DNA of 63,051 bases, filler included, from Octopus bimaculoides (lineage: Eukaryota): the NCBI RefSeq assembly GCF_001194135.2. It is 5 parts of 4 records of this genome, joined end to end, with 100 filler letters (N's around TTAATTAATTAA, not from the genome) between each part and the next. Parts side by side here need not be neighbours in the genome. Positions count along the whole stretch, not along the records: positions 20,655 to 42,150 come from NC_068984.1; positions 42,251 to 56,155 come from NC_068983.1; 3 more parts are not named here. One strand, 5' to 3'. Of the stretch, positions 40,662-53,020 are shown piece after piece. A model generated the notes under the pieces. It was given only the letters and a program-made list of their open reading frames with translations, searched no databases and had not been told where the DNA came from. A program made the translations under genes and the position numbers. Position 1 is the first letter of the stretch; every line of letters begins with the position of its first letter.

Positions 40662-40901
40662 AAGAATTCGCAGAACATTTATCTGTCTAGCATATGTACG
40701 ATCATTGATGCTTTTTTTTTTTACAAACAACAAACACATGTGAAGATGAGGAGAAATACAAACTCAAAAGCACAGACACACACACAAGCACATGCATGCA
40801 TGCATATATACATTCATGTGTGTATGTGTGTGTATACATATATATATACATACATACACACACACACACAAAGAATTTGCAGAACATTTATCTGTCTAGC
40901 A
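40662..40901. repeat. Inverted local copy (40691-40872) of 39063-39277, flanked by a 31-bp direct repeat
   Basis: Direct repeat AAGAATT(C/T)GCAGAACATTTATCTGTCTAGCA at 40662-40692 and 40871-40901. The insert is the reverse complement of unique plus microsatellite sequence 1.4 kb upstream. Confidence 0.9.
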
Positions 40902-41447
40902 AAGTCCACAATATATATATGAAATATTACTGCAAGCTGAAGCTTTACAACTTATTCTGAATTTCTTTACTTGTTACCAATCTTCCAATGATAAATTGTC
41001 TGAAGAGCAGAACCAAGAAAATCAGGTTAACAATTTGAGAATGATTCTGTTCCATTTATCATGGAATCTCTTTCCATTTTCTTTTTTTGTGATACATGCT
41101 AATGCTCTCAATGCTGGTGCCATAAAAATACTGAGCACACTCTGCAAGTGGTTGATAAATTGAATGAAGCTGTGACAATGCAAGACTTGAGAGGGCTCTT
41201 TAGTCTTCTTGATGGCAAGGCAACCACTAATGTGCTGATGCCATGAAAAATGCACTCAGTATATTCTGTAAAGCAGTTGGTGTTAGGAAGAGCATCTAGT
41301 CTTAGAAACCATGCTAAACCTGAGACATTGGAGTCAGACATGGTCTTCTGACCTGTTGGATTTTGATGAACAATCCAACCCATGACAGCATGAGAGACAA
41401 ACAAAATGAAAATGATGATAATGATATATATTTTCAATTTCTTTCAG

Positions 41448-41567
41448 CGTGTCCATTCTTTGTCTAAAGATTCCGACAGTCCTAATTTCCAGTGTGAAGA
41501 ATGTAGTTGTGTCTTCCGTAAACTTGGTAGTTTAAATGCTCATATAAGTCGTTCTCATTCTGAAACG
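41448..41567 (+). CDS. ZNF236: ZNF236 exon F: end of finger 8 and finger 9 (RVHSLSKD...[25 protein letters not shown])
   Basis: TTTCAG acceptor, ACG|GTAAGC donor, phase 0/0. CxECSCVFxxLGSLNxHIS matches ZNF236. The gene must continue, but the scaffold ends at 42150. Confidence 0.92.
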
Positions 41568-41745
41568 GTAAGCTATAATTCTTCTTTTCTCTTGTAGTTA
41601 AAAGTGCTACTTACCTATTGGTAGGTTCTTCAATCTCTATCAATTACAAAATTGCAAGATTTTCTAGCCTTTGATAACCACAATTTGTGGGATTAATAGA
41701 AAAATATTGATTTCTAACATAGACACAAGGCTACAAATTTTGGGA

Positions 41746-41895
41746 GAGGCATGGCTGTGTGGTTAAGATGTTTGCTTTCCAACTTCATTGTTTCAGGTTC
41801 AGTCCCACTATGTAGAGCCTTGCCTAAGAGACTTCTGCTATAGCTTCATGTCAACCAAGCTTTGTGCATTGATGTAGTAAACTGAAAGAAACTCA
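41746..41895 (+). mobile_element. tRNA-derived SINE, family A
   Basis: GGCATGGCTGTGTGGTTAAG...GGTTCAGTCCC...AAACTGAAAGAAACTC. Confidence 0.7.
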
Positions 41896-41939
41896 TCATA
41901 TATATATATGTATGTATGTATGTACACATACACACACAC

Positions 41940-42133
41940 AAGTGGGTATTGAAAAGTTCCTGGCTTTGGGTAAAAGGAAATACAGGAGGATCAGTTAATT
42001 ATGATTATTCCCCTCTCAGATTCACACACTTATTGCAGCACTCCTTCAGTTTTTGTAAGCCCTGTAAAAGAATCCATAAAGTTGAGCCTTTTGTGATACC
42101 CTTAAAACTTAGAACTTTTCAGCACTCCGTCAT
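41940..42133. mobile_element. Mariner-derived MITE remnant
   Basis: Degenerate TIRs GGTATTGAAAAGTTC / GAACTTTTCAGCACT about 190 bp apart. Confidence 0.5.
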
Positions 42134-42150
42134 ATATATATATATATATA

Positions 42151-42250
42151 NNNNNNNNNNNNNNNNNNNNNNNNNNNNNNNNNNNNNNNNNNNNTTAATT
42201 AATTAANNNNNNNNNNNNNNNNNNNNNNNNNNNNNNNNNNNNNNNNNNNN
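42151..42250. other. Artificial scaffold-join spacer
   Basis: 44 N + TTAATTAATTAA (42195-42206) + 44 N. Confidence 0.95.
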
Positions 42251-42715
42251 TATATATATATATAGATAGATAGATAGATAGATATTCACACATACATAAT
42301 ACACACACACACACACACACACGAATATTCCTTTCTATCTGAACATATGTATACGTACAGACACAGACATACACACGTACACATGCATAAAAACATACCC
42401 TGCACACATGCGCACTCACGGACACACACTCACACACACATGCATATATCAATGGTAATATGTGTGTATAAGTCTGTGTGTAAGTGTGTTGGTGATGTAT
42501 GTGTGTACATGCGAACTAACATTCACATTCATAAGTATAAATCTATAAATTAATAGCCAGTACATTAAATGTTTATTTCTGAAGAGTAATCAATCTCTCA
42601 ATGTTTATTGTTGGTCCTGTACGAATAGAACCACACACGCATTTGCATATTTGATCGTCAAAACGATAATATACGCATGCATAAATACTTGCATGCATAC
42701 ATACACAGTGCGTAC

Positions 42716-42780
<65 letters not shown>

Positions 42781-42899
42781 GTGTGTGTGTGTGTGTTGTG
42801 TGTGTGTGTGTGTGTGTATACACACATATATACATATANNNNNNNNNNATATATATAAATCAAGGCATTTAGTTGGTCATATCTGCTTTTTGATTCATG

Positions 42900-43850
42900 A
42901 ATTAATGAAATCGAAAAGGATATAACATATACAATTCTGAAGAGACTTGGTCCCTACTTTATTTATATCCCTAATACAGTCAAAGAAATTGAACCAAAAC
43001 ATTACTTAAGAGCCTGTATGAATATGCCTGGAACAGAAGCAATAGAACCCAGAAACCTTCTAAATTACCATTTTACAATAATAATAAATGCATGTAAATT
43101 TAGTTGCAAAATAACTATGAGAGACAAATATATATTTTCACTTGCTTCGATATTATTGGCTGTTATCTCTCCTAAGTCTATAATTGTAAAAGTCCTAGAT
43201 ATGCTGTTAAACTTCATTCTACCTTTACAAATAACGGCATACAGATAATAAAGCAGATTTGAAAATATGATTAAGTTCTTTAGAAATAGTGTATGGATAC
43301 TAAAACATAAAAATTTTACAATTTGAGCATGAAAGAACGAGACTGCAGAAATTTTAAATTTAATTGGTTTTGGCGAAATATACGAATATGCCGGCTTATT
43401 AATCCTGAAAAATATCAACAGATATTATATTTCTTAATGCAGAAGAAATATAATTAATCTTTTCAATGTGTATCTAAATAGACAGTAAGTACCAATCTAA
43501 AAATAGTCCATAACTAGGAACTAACATTTAACCACAACGGCAATATTCCAAACAAATATTACACCAAACGTTTCAGTGTAGGTCATAACCTCAATTGTTA
43601 AGCATGTGTTCCTAAAAGTCAAATCTAAATTTAGCTAAAACAATTTTGTTCATCGCTTATGAAGACATCTCAATAGAGTAGCAATTGCACTAGTATTTAA
43701 CGGTGTTTTTCACAAGTACACAGAGAGGAAATGCAAGAAGAAGAAAAAGGTCACATAGTGTAATCTACTACATTCAATCAAATTCAGTGCACTGATAGAA
43801 AAATGCTATCTTCCATCTAGGGAAGTTGAACTTTCCTCCTTGACATAAAT
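42900..43850 (-). pseudogene. Possible decayed intronless 7TM GPCR-like sequence
   Basis: Alternating hydrophobic segments (HYVTFFFFLHFLSVYL; TFGVIFVWNIAVVV; LFLKNLIIFSNLLYYLYAVIC; LSLIVILQLNLHAFIIIVKW*FRRFL) with several stops. AT-rich DNA alone can mimic this pattern. Confidence 0.25.
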
Positions 43851-43923
43851 ATAGATAAATGTCCGACTCAAATTCAGCAAGTAAAGCTACTCAACATTGA
43901 AACACAGCGGCTTACACAAAATA

Positions 43924-43986
<63 letters not shown>

Positions 43987-44018
43987 GATTATTATTATTA
44001 CTACTACTACTAGTAGTG

Positions 44019-44063
<45 letters not shown>

Positions 44064-44557
44064 ATAGTAGTAGTAGTAATAATAATAATAATGTGTTGCT
44101 CAAATTCACAGGATACAAATATTATTAACGCTCTAAACTGCAATTGTCATTCGCACAACGTTTGTCCAGTGAATGGCAACTTCCTTGAATATCCGGTATC
44201 TAAACAGCCACTGTCACATCTAACATTAATGAAAATCTTATAAATAACATCGGATTAACAGGAAATAGATTCAAGATTAGTTAATATCAGCAGAATTATA
44301 GATATAGAATACTACAAAGAGTATTCAGTACGTTAAACGCATAAAAACTCCTAGATTTCTTTCTAACATATTCCTTGACTTATCAAATATTTTATTGCAC
44401 AATTCCGACCAGGTCACTGAGACAGTTCTACGTTTCAAGTCTCTTTGTGATTTTGAAGTCGCTCTTCCATACTCGCATTGCAAGAGTTCAACAGTCGCGG
44501 ATCAAATCAACTGTCCGACAGCAAGAGCTCTGATACATACATGCATATGTCTGTCTT

Positions 44558-44606
<49 letters not shown>

Positions 44607-44896
44607 AATATATATANNNNNNNNNNNNNNNNNNNNNNNNNNNNNNNNNNNNNNNNNNNNNNNNNNNNNNNNNNNNNNNNNNNNNNNNNNNNNNNNNNNN
44701 NNTATATATATATAATCATACTCACAAACGCATATGTGTATATATGTATATACAAGTGTGTATATATATATGTATACATATATATACTTGTATATACATA
44801 TGTATATGTATATATAAGTATACATATATATATGTGTGCGTGCGTACGCGTGTGTGTTTGTGTGTGTTTGTATGTGTGTGCGTTTGTGCGTGTGTT

Positions 44897-44940
<44 letters not shown>

Positions 44941-45477
44941 CGTGCGTGTGTGTTTGTGCATCAGTGTGTGTGAAATTAACATTGTGCTTATATTATTCAT
45001 TGGTGGGAACCAAGTATTCTTCAGAAACATGAAATTTAGATAACATGAAAAAACAAACAAACAAACAAACAAAAAGAAACTCCTTAAAACTAGTAATTAC
45101 GTAAACCACATACATGGAAGGGGCTAGGGACACTTCCCTTCAAATATTACGACTCATCACGTCTTAAGGAGAGTGAAATTACATTATGAACTTATGATAT
45201 ATAAATGTTCATAATTATACGCTCGCTAAAGCGAGGTCTTTCATTTCCCATACATTTTAACTGTACAACTGTACTGAATAAAGCCCAACTTAGAAGTAAC
45301 AGCATGTAGTGTACCTTGCTCAGTAATATACAAACAAACATATATGTTACATATATGTATATGTATATACATTAATATGCATACAACATACACACATATA
45401 CATATATATACATATATACATACATATAACTTCCAAGAAATGTGTTGAGTGTCCTTCTTTCGTTTGTCCTCTCACTC

Positions 45478-45514
<37 letters not shown>

Positions 45515-45565
45515 CATGCACATATATATATACATACATATACAGATTTATATATGTATATATTC

Positions 45566-45625
<60 letters not shown>

Positions 45626-45810
45626 GTATATATATATGTATATGTATATATGCATGTATGCATGTATGTATGTATGTATATATTAGTAATAAACATAAAC
45701 TTTTAAATAAACGTGTATTGAGTATGTATTCAACTATGGTTTTTCCTACTTCACACACTCAAAAATAAGCATGCATTCCGCCACAACACATGACATACAT
45801 ATGTACAAAT

Positions 45811-45871
<61 letters not shown>

Positions 45872-46578
45872 CATATATTCTTATTGCATGTATACCTTCT
45901 CTCTCTCTCTCTCTCTCTCTCCCTATATATATATATATATATATATCTGTGTATGTATATGTATGCGTATATGGGTGTGTGTATATTTATATATACATAC
46001 ATGCATACATACATACACACGTATAGCCTTCCATCCCGCCAATTTGTTACAATTTGTATTCAACAATAATTTATTTATATCTGAGAAAAATATATTCATC
46101 ATTTCCACAACATTTTAAAGAATTGATTTCTTAATTAAGCCTGAAACATCATGCACGTAGATTAAATTACAAAATTAGAGAAAAAAAAATAATAATCAAG
46201 GAAAAACAAAATAAGTAAAAACAAATAAAACAAACAAGACCAACATGATTTAAAGACGCCTGAAAAATATAAAAATATTTTATTTCTATTTTATATGGGA
46301 TATTAGAATTTTATTATTTATATTCTTCTTATTATTAATACAATTATTATGACGACGACGACGATGATAATCATCATCATCATCAACATCAGCAACATCA
46401 TCACCATCACCACCAACACCATCATTATCTTCACCATCATCATCGTCGTTATCACTGTCGTCGTAATCGTCAACTTCATCATTGTCTTCATCATCATCAT
46501 CATCATCATCATTATTACAATCGTTGTTATATTTTATCATGTGTTATTTTTTCGCTTATTCGTTTGTGTGTGTGTGTG

Positions 46579-46618
<40 letters not shown>

Positions 46619-46982
46619 TGTGTGTGTATGTGTGTGTGTGTGTCTGCGTGTGTCAAAAATTAATTCCTATTTAAAATTTAATATTGTTTTCGTAATTATA
46701 ATTAAACTAATTTCATATTTTTGTTATTNNNNNNNNNNNNNNNNNNNNNNNNNNNNNNNNNNNNNNNNNNNNNNNNNNNNNNNNNNNNNNNNNNNNNNNN
46801 NNNNNNNNNNNNNNNNNNNNNNNNNNNNNNNNNNNNNNNNNNNNNNNNNNNNNNNNNNNNNNNNNNNNNNNNNNNNNNNNNNNNNNNNNNNNNNNNNNNN
46901 NNNNNNNNNNNNNNNNNNNNNNNNNNNNNNNNNNNNNNNNNNNNNNNNNNNNNTATATGTATATTATCTATCTATCTATAAA

Positions 46983-47016
<34 letters not shown>

Positions 47017-47072
47017 ACTATCTGTCTATCTCTCTCTTTCTGTTTCTCTCTTTTCTCTCTCTCCTCCCTCCC

Positions 47073-47104
<32 letters not shown>

Positions 47105-47758
47105 GTATGTATATATATGTGTATATATATACATATATATATATGTATGTATATATGCATATATAACACAGCCATCCATACCTGCACTCACACATATATA
47201 TGTGTGTGTGAGTGTAAATGTACAAACGCTCATATATATATGTATATATTTTGTATGCATATATATATGTATATATTGATATATATAACATGCATATATA
47301 CATACATTCATATGTGTGTACATACATATATACATATTTTATACATGCTCGATTAGCAAGTATTTTGTAGTATTTCAAATGTAGCAGACAGGGAAATTAA
47401 ACAATGAGGCACTAGTTGAAACCACTAAGGGAAGCAGCGGGAACAATGCATGATTGGCGAGTGTTTCTGCATATTTATATCCCTCCCCATACTAGTAACA
47501 TATCCAGCATTATATCCCATTCACTGGCATCGTTCATCTCCATATCCCTGCAGCTTAGGTTAAATCGTGTATTGGTTTCGAATATATATTCAATGAAAGT
47601 TAATATATGTATTCACCCATGACTGGCCGGGTGTAGACATCTAATTAGAAAATGTCAAACACATGATTTTATTTATCACATTTCCGGGAGATAAATATCG
47701 ATTACTAGTTTAGATCGAAGGTGTGATACTTTCACAGGAAATGAAATGAATCGACTCC

Positions 47759-47843
<85 letters not shown>

Positions 47844-47907
47844 NNNNNNNNNNNNNNNNNNNNNNNNNNNNNNNNNNNNNNNNNNNNNNNNNNNNNNNNN
47901 NNNNNNN

Positions 47908-47968
<61 letters not shown>

Positions 47969-47970
<2 letters not shown>

Positions 47971-48527
47971 GCCCTGATGCAGTACCAGGCAGTGGCTCTC
48001 ATGGCTTCTGATCTTAATTGATTGGAAGTGTTATCATGTACATTGTTTTGTCTTGGTATAAAAAGTTGGGCTACAGAAAATATTCTGCTTACTACCACAG
48101 ATTTGCTTGTCAGTTGTTTGACCTTAACCAGTTGAGCATGTCCCTTGGTGGCTGACGATATGTGCATCTCTGATCATGAGCAGAAGTAGTGGGGGAGCAT
48201 CATAGCCATGTGTTGAGAGGAGTTCTTTGGGGGTTGGATAATTTACCTTTGGAAACATGGGTGTTTTGTTCCTCCTCCTTAAACAACCCTCATTCAGGGG
48301 CCTTTTGAGCTGGATGGGCTTCTTGACATGAAGAAAATTCTAACTGGGCCCCACCTACAAAGTCATGCGCTGTTTATCTTGATATGAGATCACCATGTCA
48401 TGCACATATGGTTGTGATGCATGTGCCTGGTGTACCCTTATCAGACGGGTAGTCATAATGGGTATACTGGACTTCGTATATATTACCCCAGTGTCACTTT
48501 GATGGCGTGCACTGCTCTCACACTCAA
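47969..48527 (+). mobile_element. About 560-bp interspersed repeat with (AAT)n on both sides, family E
   Basis: Homologous in reverse orientation to 26082-26637, which also abuts (TTA)n. Confidence 0.75.
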
Positions 48528-48590
<63 letters not shown>

Positions 48591-48610
48591 TAATAATAAT
48601 AATAATAATA

Positions 48611-48660
<50 letters not shown>

Positions 48661-48689
48661 AATAATAAGAAGATCAAGAACAACAACTA

Positions 48690-49047
48690 TGATGGATCAT
48701 AGATATAGCATGCCCAGCTGTCAACAAGGTATGCGATAAGGAAGAAAGAAAAGTCGATAGATATGACAGGTTAGCTTGGGAAGTTAAGCAGTTTTGGTCG
48801 ATGAAAAAGGTTGTAGTAGTGCCAATAATTGTCGGAGTCCTGGAACAGTGAGTAAAAATCTTGAGAAGTACATGGAACAAATAGGGGCTGCAGTAAGGGT
48901 GGGACGCTTGCAGAAAACAGCACTGCTTGGAACCGCTCGAATACTCCGGAAGGTGCTCGAAAAATAAGAGGTGTTACCTTAGTTCACTGGTAGTGAACAG
49001 CTGACACTGTAGTACATCTCCAGCATTAGAAGCTGTGCAAAGGCAAT
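48690..49047 (+). mobile_element. 5'-truncated R4/Dong-clade non-LTR retrotransposon embedded in (AAT)n
   Basis: DIACP..KEERKVDRY..LAWEVKQFWSMKKVVVVPIIVG, then LQKTALLGTARILRKVLEK* (stop at 48965-48967). A long (AAT)n follows at 49048. Confidence 0.8.
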
Positions 49048-49048
49048 G

Positions 49049-49127
<79 letters not shown>

Positions 49128-49131
49128 TAAC

Positions 49132-49190
<59 letters not shown>

Positions 49191-49195
49191 TAATA
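49048..49195. repeat. (AAT)n microsatellite
   Basis: Direct reading. Confidence 0.97.
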
Positions 49196-49429
49196 CGAGT
49201 AGATATAAATTGGTTTAGGTATTTATAGAAAACAACATTGTATTCACAGGCTCCAGCGTGGGCAAGGCACGAAGGTTTGAAGGAAGTAAATAATATAAGC
49301 AACATATTCATATCTGATCGGCCCTTCAAGAATATCTTCCTTTTCCTCTAATTCTAGGTGAGGGTTACCATTGTGTTTGTAACATTCTTTTCACCTGAAC
49401 GTTTTTTCGAGTTAGGACAGGTGTCCATT

Positions 49430-50215
49430 TTGTTTAATTAAAGAAATGCCAATCTACCTTAATGCAATCCAACTCCTGAAAATGGCAACGAAACTGGCTG
49501 CTATAAAACCGCCTCCAAATACCGGTGATTGACCATTCTGAAAGCTCTGCATTGATCTAGATAGCTCAGGAGTCTTTTGAAGCTGGATTTATCACCAAAA
49601 CTCTTTACGATATATCGTATAAAGTGAAGATTGTCGTAGACAGACTGCCAAGAATCAGGAAGGCCTACGCAATTCTAACTAAATATTGAGTGACAAACAC
49701 CAATGTCTTCGTGAAAAAATTTGCTAAATTCTTAAACTCTGCCTTTTGCGGAATTATGTACCAGAAATTGTCGATACTAGAAATATTCCCTAATTTCTGG
49801 ATGGGCGAGCAAACCCATCATACATTTACGAAGATCGTAGAGCACACAGTCTACACCAAGCATTTTGCCTTCGCAAAATCACTCTGCTACGATTTTAAGA
49901 TTTTCGCAATTCCTTATCTTTGCCGGGAGCAACGATAGGCCATGGAAACAAGCAATGAAGTCCACCGTCTCTGATCCACCACAACCTCAATACGGTTGGC
50001 AAGTGTGCTGCTGGAAACTGTGTACCGTTGCTCGGAGCCCACAAAGATCCAATTGTGGCTTTGTTTCCCAGTGACTTGGAGCAGCTTTCTTCTCTTGCCT
50101 CGAAAAAGCCCGTTTGTGAAGAACCATTGCATGACGAGTTCAGAGAATTCGAAAGGATTCAGACGGGATTCACATGTTTCCAAACGGGTTGCTTGGCATG
50201 TCTGGGATTTTCCAC
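49430..50215 (+). mobile_element. Possible degraded CR1/L2/Jockey-type LINE, RT C-terminal region
   Basis: AYAIL..Y..TNTNVFVKKF, ILKLC (cf. ILEYC), YEDR and FRRDSHVSKRVA..VW (cf. RR.FF..RVV..WN) occur in the expected order across frames. Confidence 0.35.
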
Positions 50216-50239
50216 TTACTGCCGTTTTTTCATTTATAT

Positions 50240-50632
50240 CAGCGGTTCTCAACCATTTTTTAATTACGGACCCCTTCTGATTCCAGTTTTACTCGGTTGA
50301 ACTCATAGCCATTTGTGGTTTGAAAAATCCTAGGAAGGGCATTTGGCATTAGGCAGGGCATCCAACCGTAGAAACCAAGACAGATCAGACTGGAGCTTGG
50401 TACAGCTGCCCGGTTTACTAGTTCCAGTCAAACCGTCCAATCCATACCAGCATGGAAAACGGACGCTAAATGAGGATGATGATTTAAATATTATTAGGAA
50501 TTGTATGCAAAAATTGCTGAAATATTTTGTGCATTTAAGAAGTACAACCAATTTATTGCACATAAATTTCAGCAACAAAATCTTATGTGAACCCCAAAGC
50601 GGGGTCATATGAACCCTGTTTGAGAACCTCTG
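50240..50632. mobile_element. hAT (Charlie-like) MITE carrying a nested retroposon tail at about 50335-50483
   Basis: TIR CAGCGGTTCTCAA / TTGAGAACCTCTG (12/13). The 8-bp flanks ATTTATAT and GTCTATAT match at 6/8. Confidence 0.65.
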
Positions 50633-52588
50633 GTCTATATTCACCAGTTAGTCACCGTACACCTTTGGCTCTCTCACTCACTTCTGAATGTACGGCTATC
50701 GGGACCTTCATGCCCTCTTTCGACACTAGCTTTTGATGTCCTTCAGATTTGATAGCTTTTTTTGTTTTCTATCCCAAATAGCTCTCTGGTTCTGACAACT
50801 TCAGCGAAAGGGTCCGCCCTTGCAGTAATTTTACTGCATCTGAAACATATAATAATATTGATGGCGGTTGTAATTGAGGCGTTGCTGGTCGACGGAATAT
50901 TGTTGATGGGGAAATACAGCATCACTAGTCGTCGTCGTCGTCGTCGTCGTCCTATTGGTGGTCACAACTGCTGCTGTCTTTTGCATGAATCATTGCTGAT
51001 GGCGCTAGTATTGCCGTTAATGTTTGTGTTGTTGCGGTTGCCTTCGCTGTTGTCAGTTACATTGATAGCGCAGTTGTTTCACTGTTGATGTCGGTTGGGG
51101 TGGTGACGGTAGCGGTTGTGTTGTCTGGACTGAGAAGAGGGAGAGGAAAAAGCACATTCCTAGTTCTTCATCTCTTTTTGTGCCTCGCTTCTTTTTCTCT
51201 CTGCTCTTTTTTTTTTCTGTCCACAAAATAACAAACTTGTACTTCTTTCCCTTTTTGTTTTTTGTTTTTTTTGTAAAATGATATTTGTCTTCAGAAAAAT
51301 ATCCATTTAATATAAGAGATAAACAAGCTTCAAAATCAAACCTTATATTTTCATAAACGAGAAGGTAATAAGCTAATATAGGCTTAGACACTACACGTCT
51401 GACACGTCTGAAGAATGGAAAATAGAAGATGAGACAGGCACGCTGTTTTGCCTTTCATTGTAGGTCAGACCATTAGATTTGACTTCGTATCTGGGAAAGA
51501 TAAACATATTATTAGTAATTCCTTGAAATTTTCTTACACATCGTTAATAGTTAGATATTTGTGCACTTTTATATCTACTTATACAGACGCTTATATCTCT
51601 ATTTATTACTCTTTCTCTCTCTCTCTCTCTCTCTCGTTCTGTATATAAACTTCACGACCACTTCCAAATATTTGCAGGGTTTCCTCCTCTAACCCGTTAG
51701 CGTCAACCTCAGATTCGTCATCGTTAGTCTCGATTATGTTATCGTCTGCCGCAAGTTCGTCAATTTAAGCGCCGTCACTGCAGAATGGAGAAAATTACTT
51801 AATGAACAGACACAGGCATCAGTGATTACCTGCTGCAGTATTTCCTTTGATTGCTGGATATTTTAGGAATATGTTAAAAGAGTTAAGAAAAGGGAATAAC
51901 GAGTATCATGTTTAAATGATGTTAGTTTAGTCTCTACTGTGCGGTATATGTATGTAATATAGTATGTAGACTCACAACTAATATACTTCGTAAATGTATG
52001 CATAATTACGGCCCTAGATACTGTAAGGTGGGAGAATTTGTATTATGCAAAATTTGTAAGTCTTTACAAAAGTTTTAATGTTTACATTTTTTTTTTTACA
52101 ATTCTGTGACAAGTAATCACTGATGTCAATGTTTGTCAATAAAAGAAATTCACTCTTTCCTGCTGTGACGACATTTTGGTTGACGGTGACGAAGTTAAGT
52201 TGACGGCAACGAAAACAAGTTAGACAACAACATAATCGAGAATAAAGGTAAAATATTTGAAGCTGACGACGAGGAATTTGAGATCGGCGTTGACGACATT
52301 GAGGGTGAAATCTTGCATAGTTACACTCACCCATATTCAAATACAAGCATACTTGGATACATGCGTATATATATATGCATAATCACGCGCAGACACGCAT
52401 ACTGACATACATTCACACATTAAAAAGAAATTTCGTTTTGATAAAGTAGATTATTTCCTGAAAGCAAAAGGTTTCAATTGGTTGATGTTAGCTAAGCATA
52501 TTCATGGATAAACTTGATATACATGTGTGTGTATATACGTATGAGTGTATGCATACATGCATGTAAGTATGCATGCGTATATGTATGC

Positions 52589-52642
<54 letters not shown>

Positions 52643-52729
52643 ACATATATAGATACATACACATATATACATACATATATATATATATGTCATGTCTATA
52701 TTTATATATAAATATAAATACATACATAC

Positions 52730-52776
<47 letters not shown>

Positions 52777-52982
52777 NNNNNNNNNNNNNNNNNNNNNNNN
52801 NNNNNNNNNNNNNNNNNNNNNNNNNNNNNNNNNNNNNNNNNNNNNNNNNNNNNNNNNNNNNNNNNNNNNNNNNNNNNNNNNNNNNNNNNNNNNNNNNNNN
52901 NNNNNNNNNNNNNNNNNNNNNNNNNNNNNNNNNNNNNNNNNNNNNNNNNNNNNNNNNNNNNNNNNNNNNNNNNNNNNNNNNN

Positions 52983-53020
<38 letters not shown>

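Noticed and set aside
40640-40680. Short complementarity and similarity to ZNF236 exons C and E as an editing complementary sequence
   Set aside because: Only 11-18 nt with mismatches, which is expected by chance.
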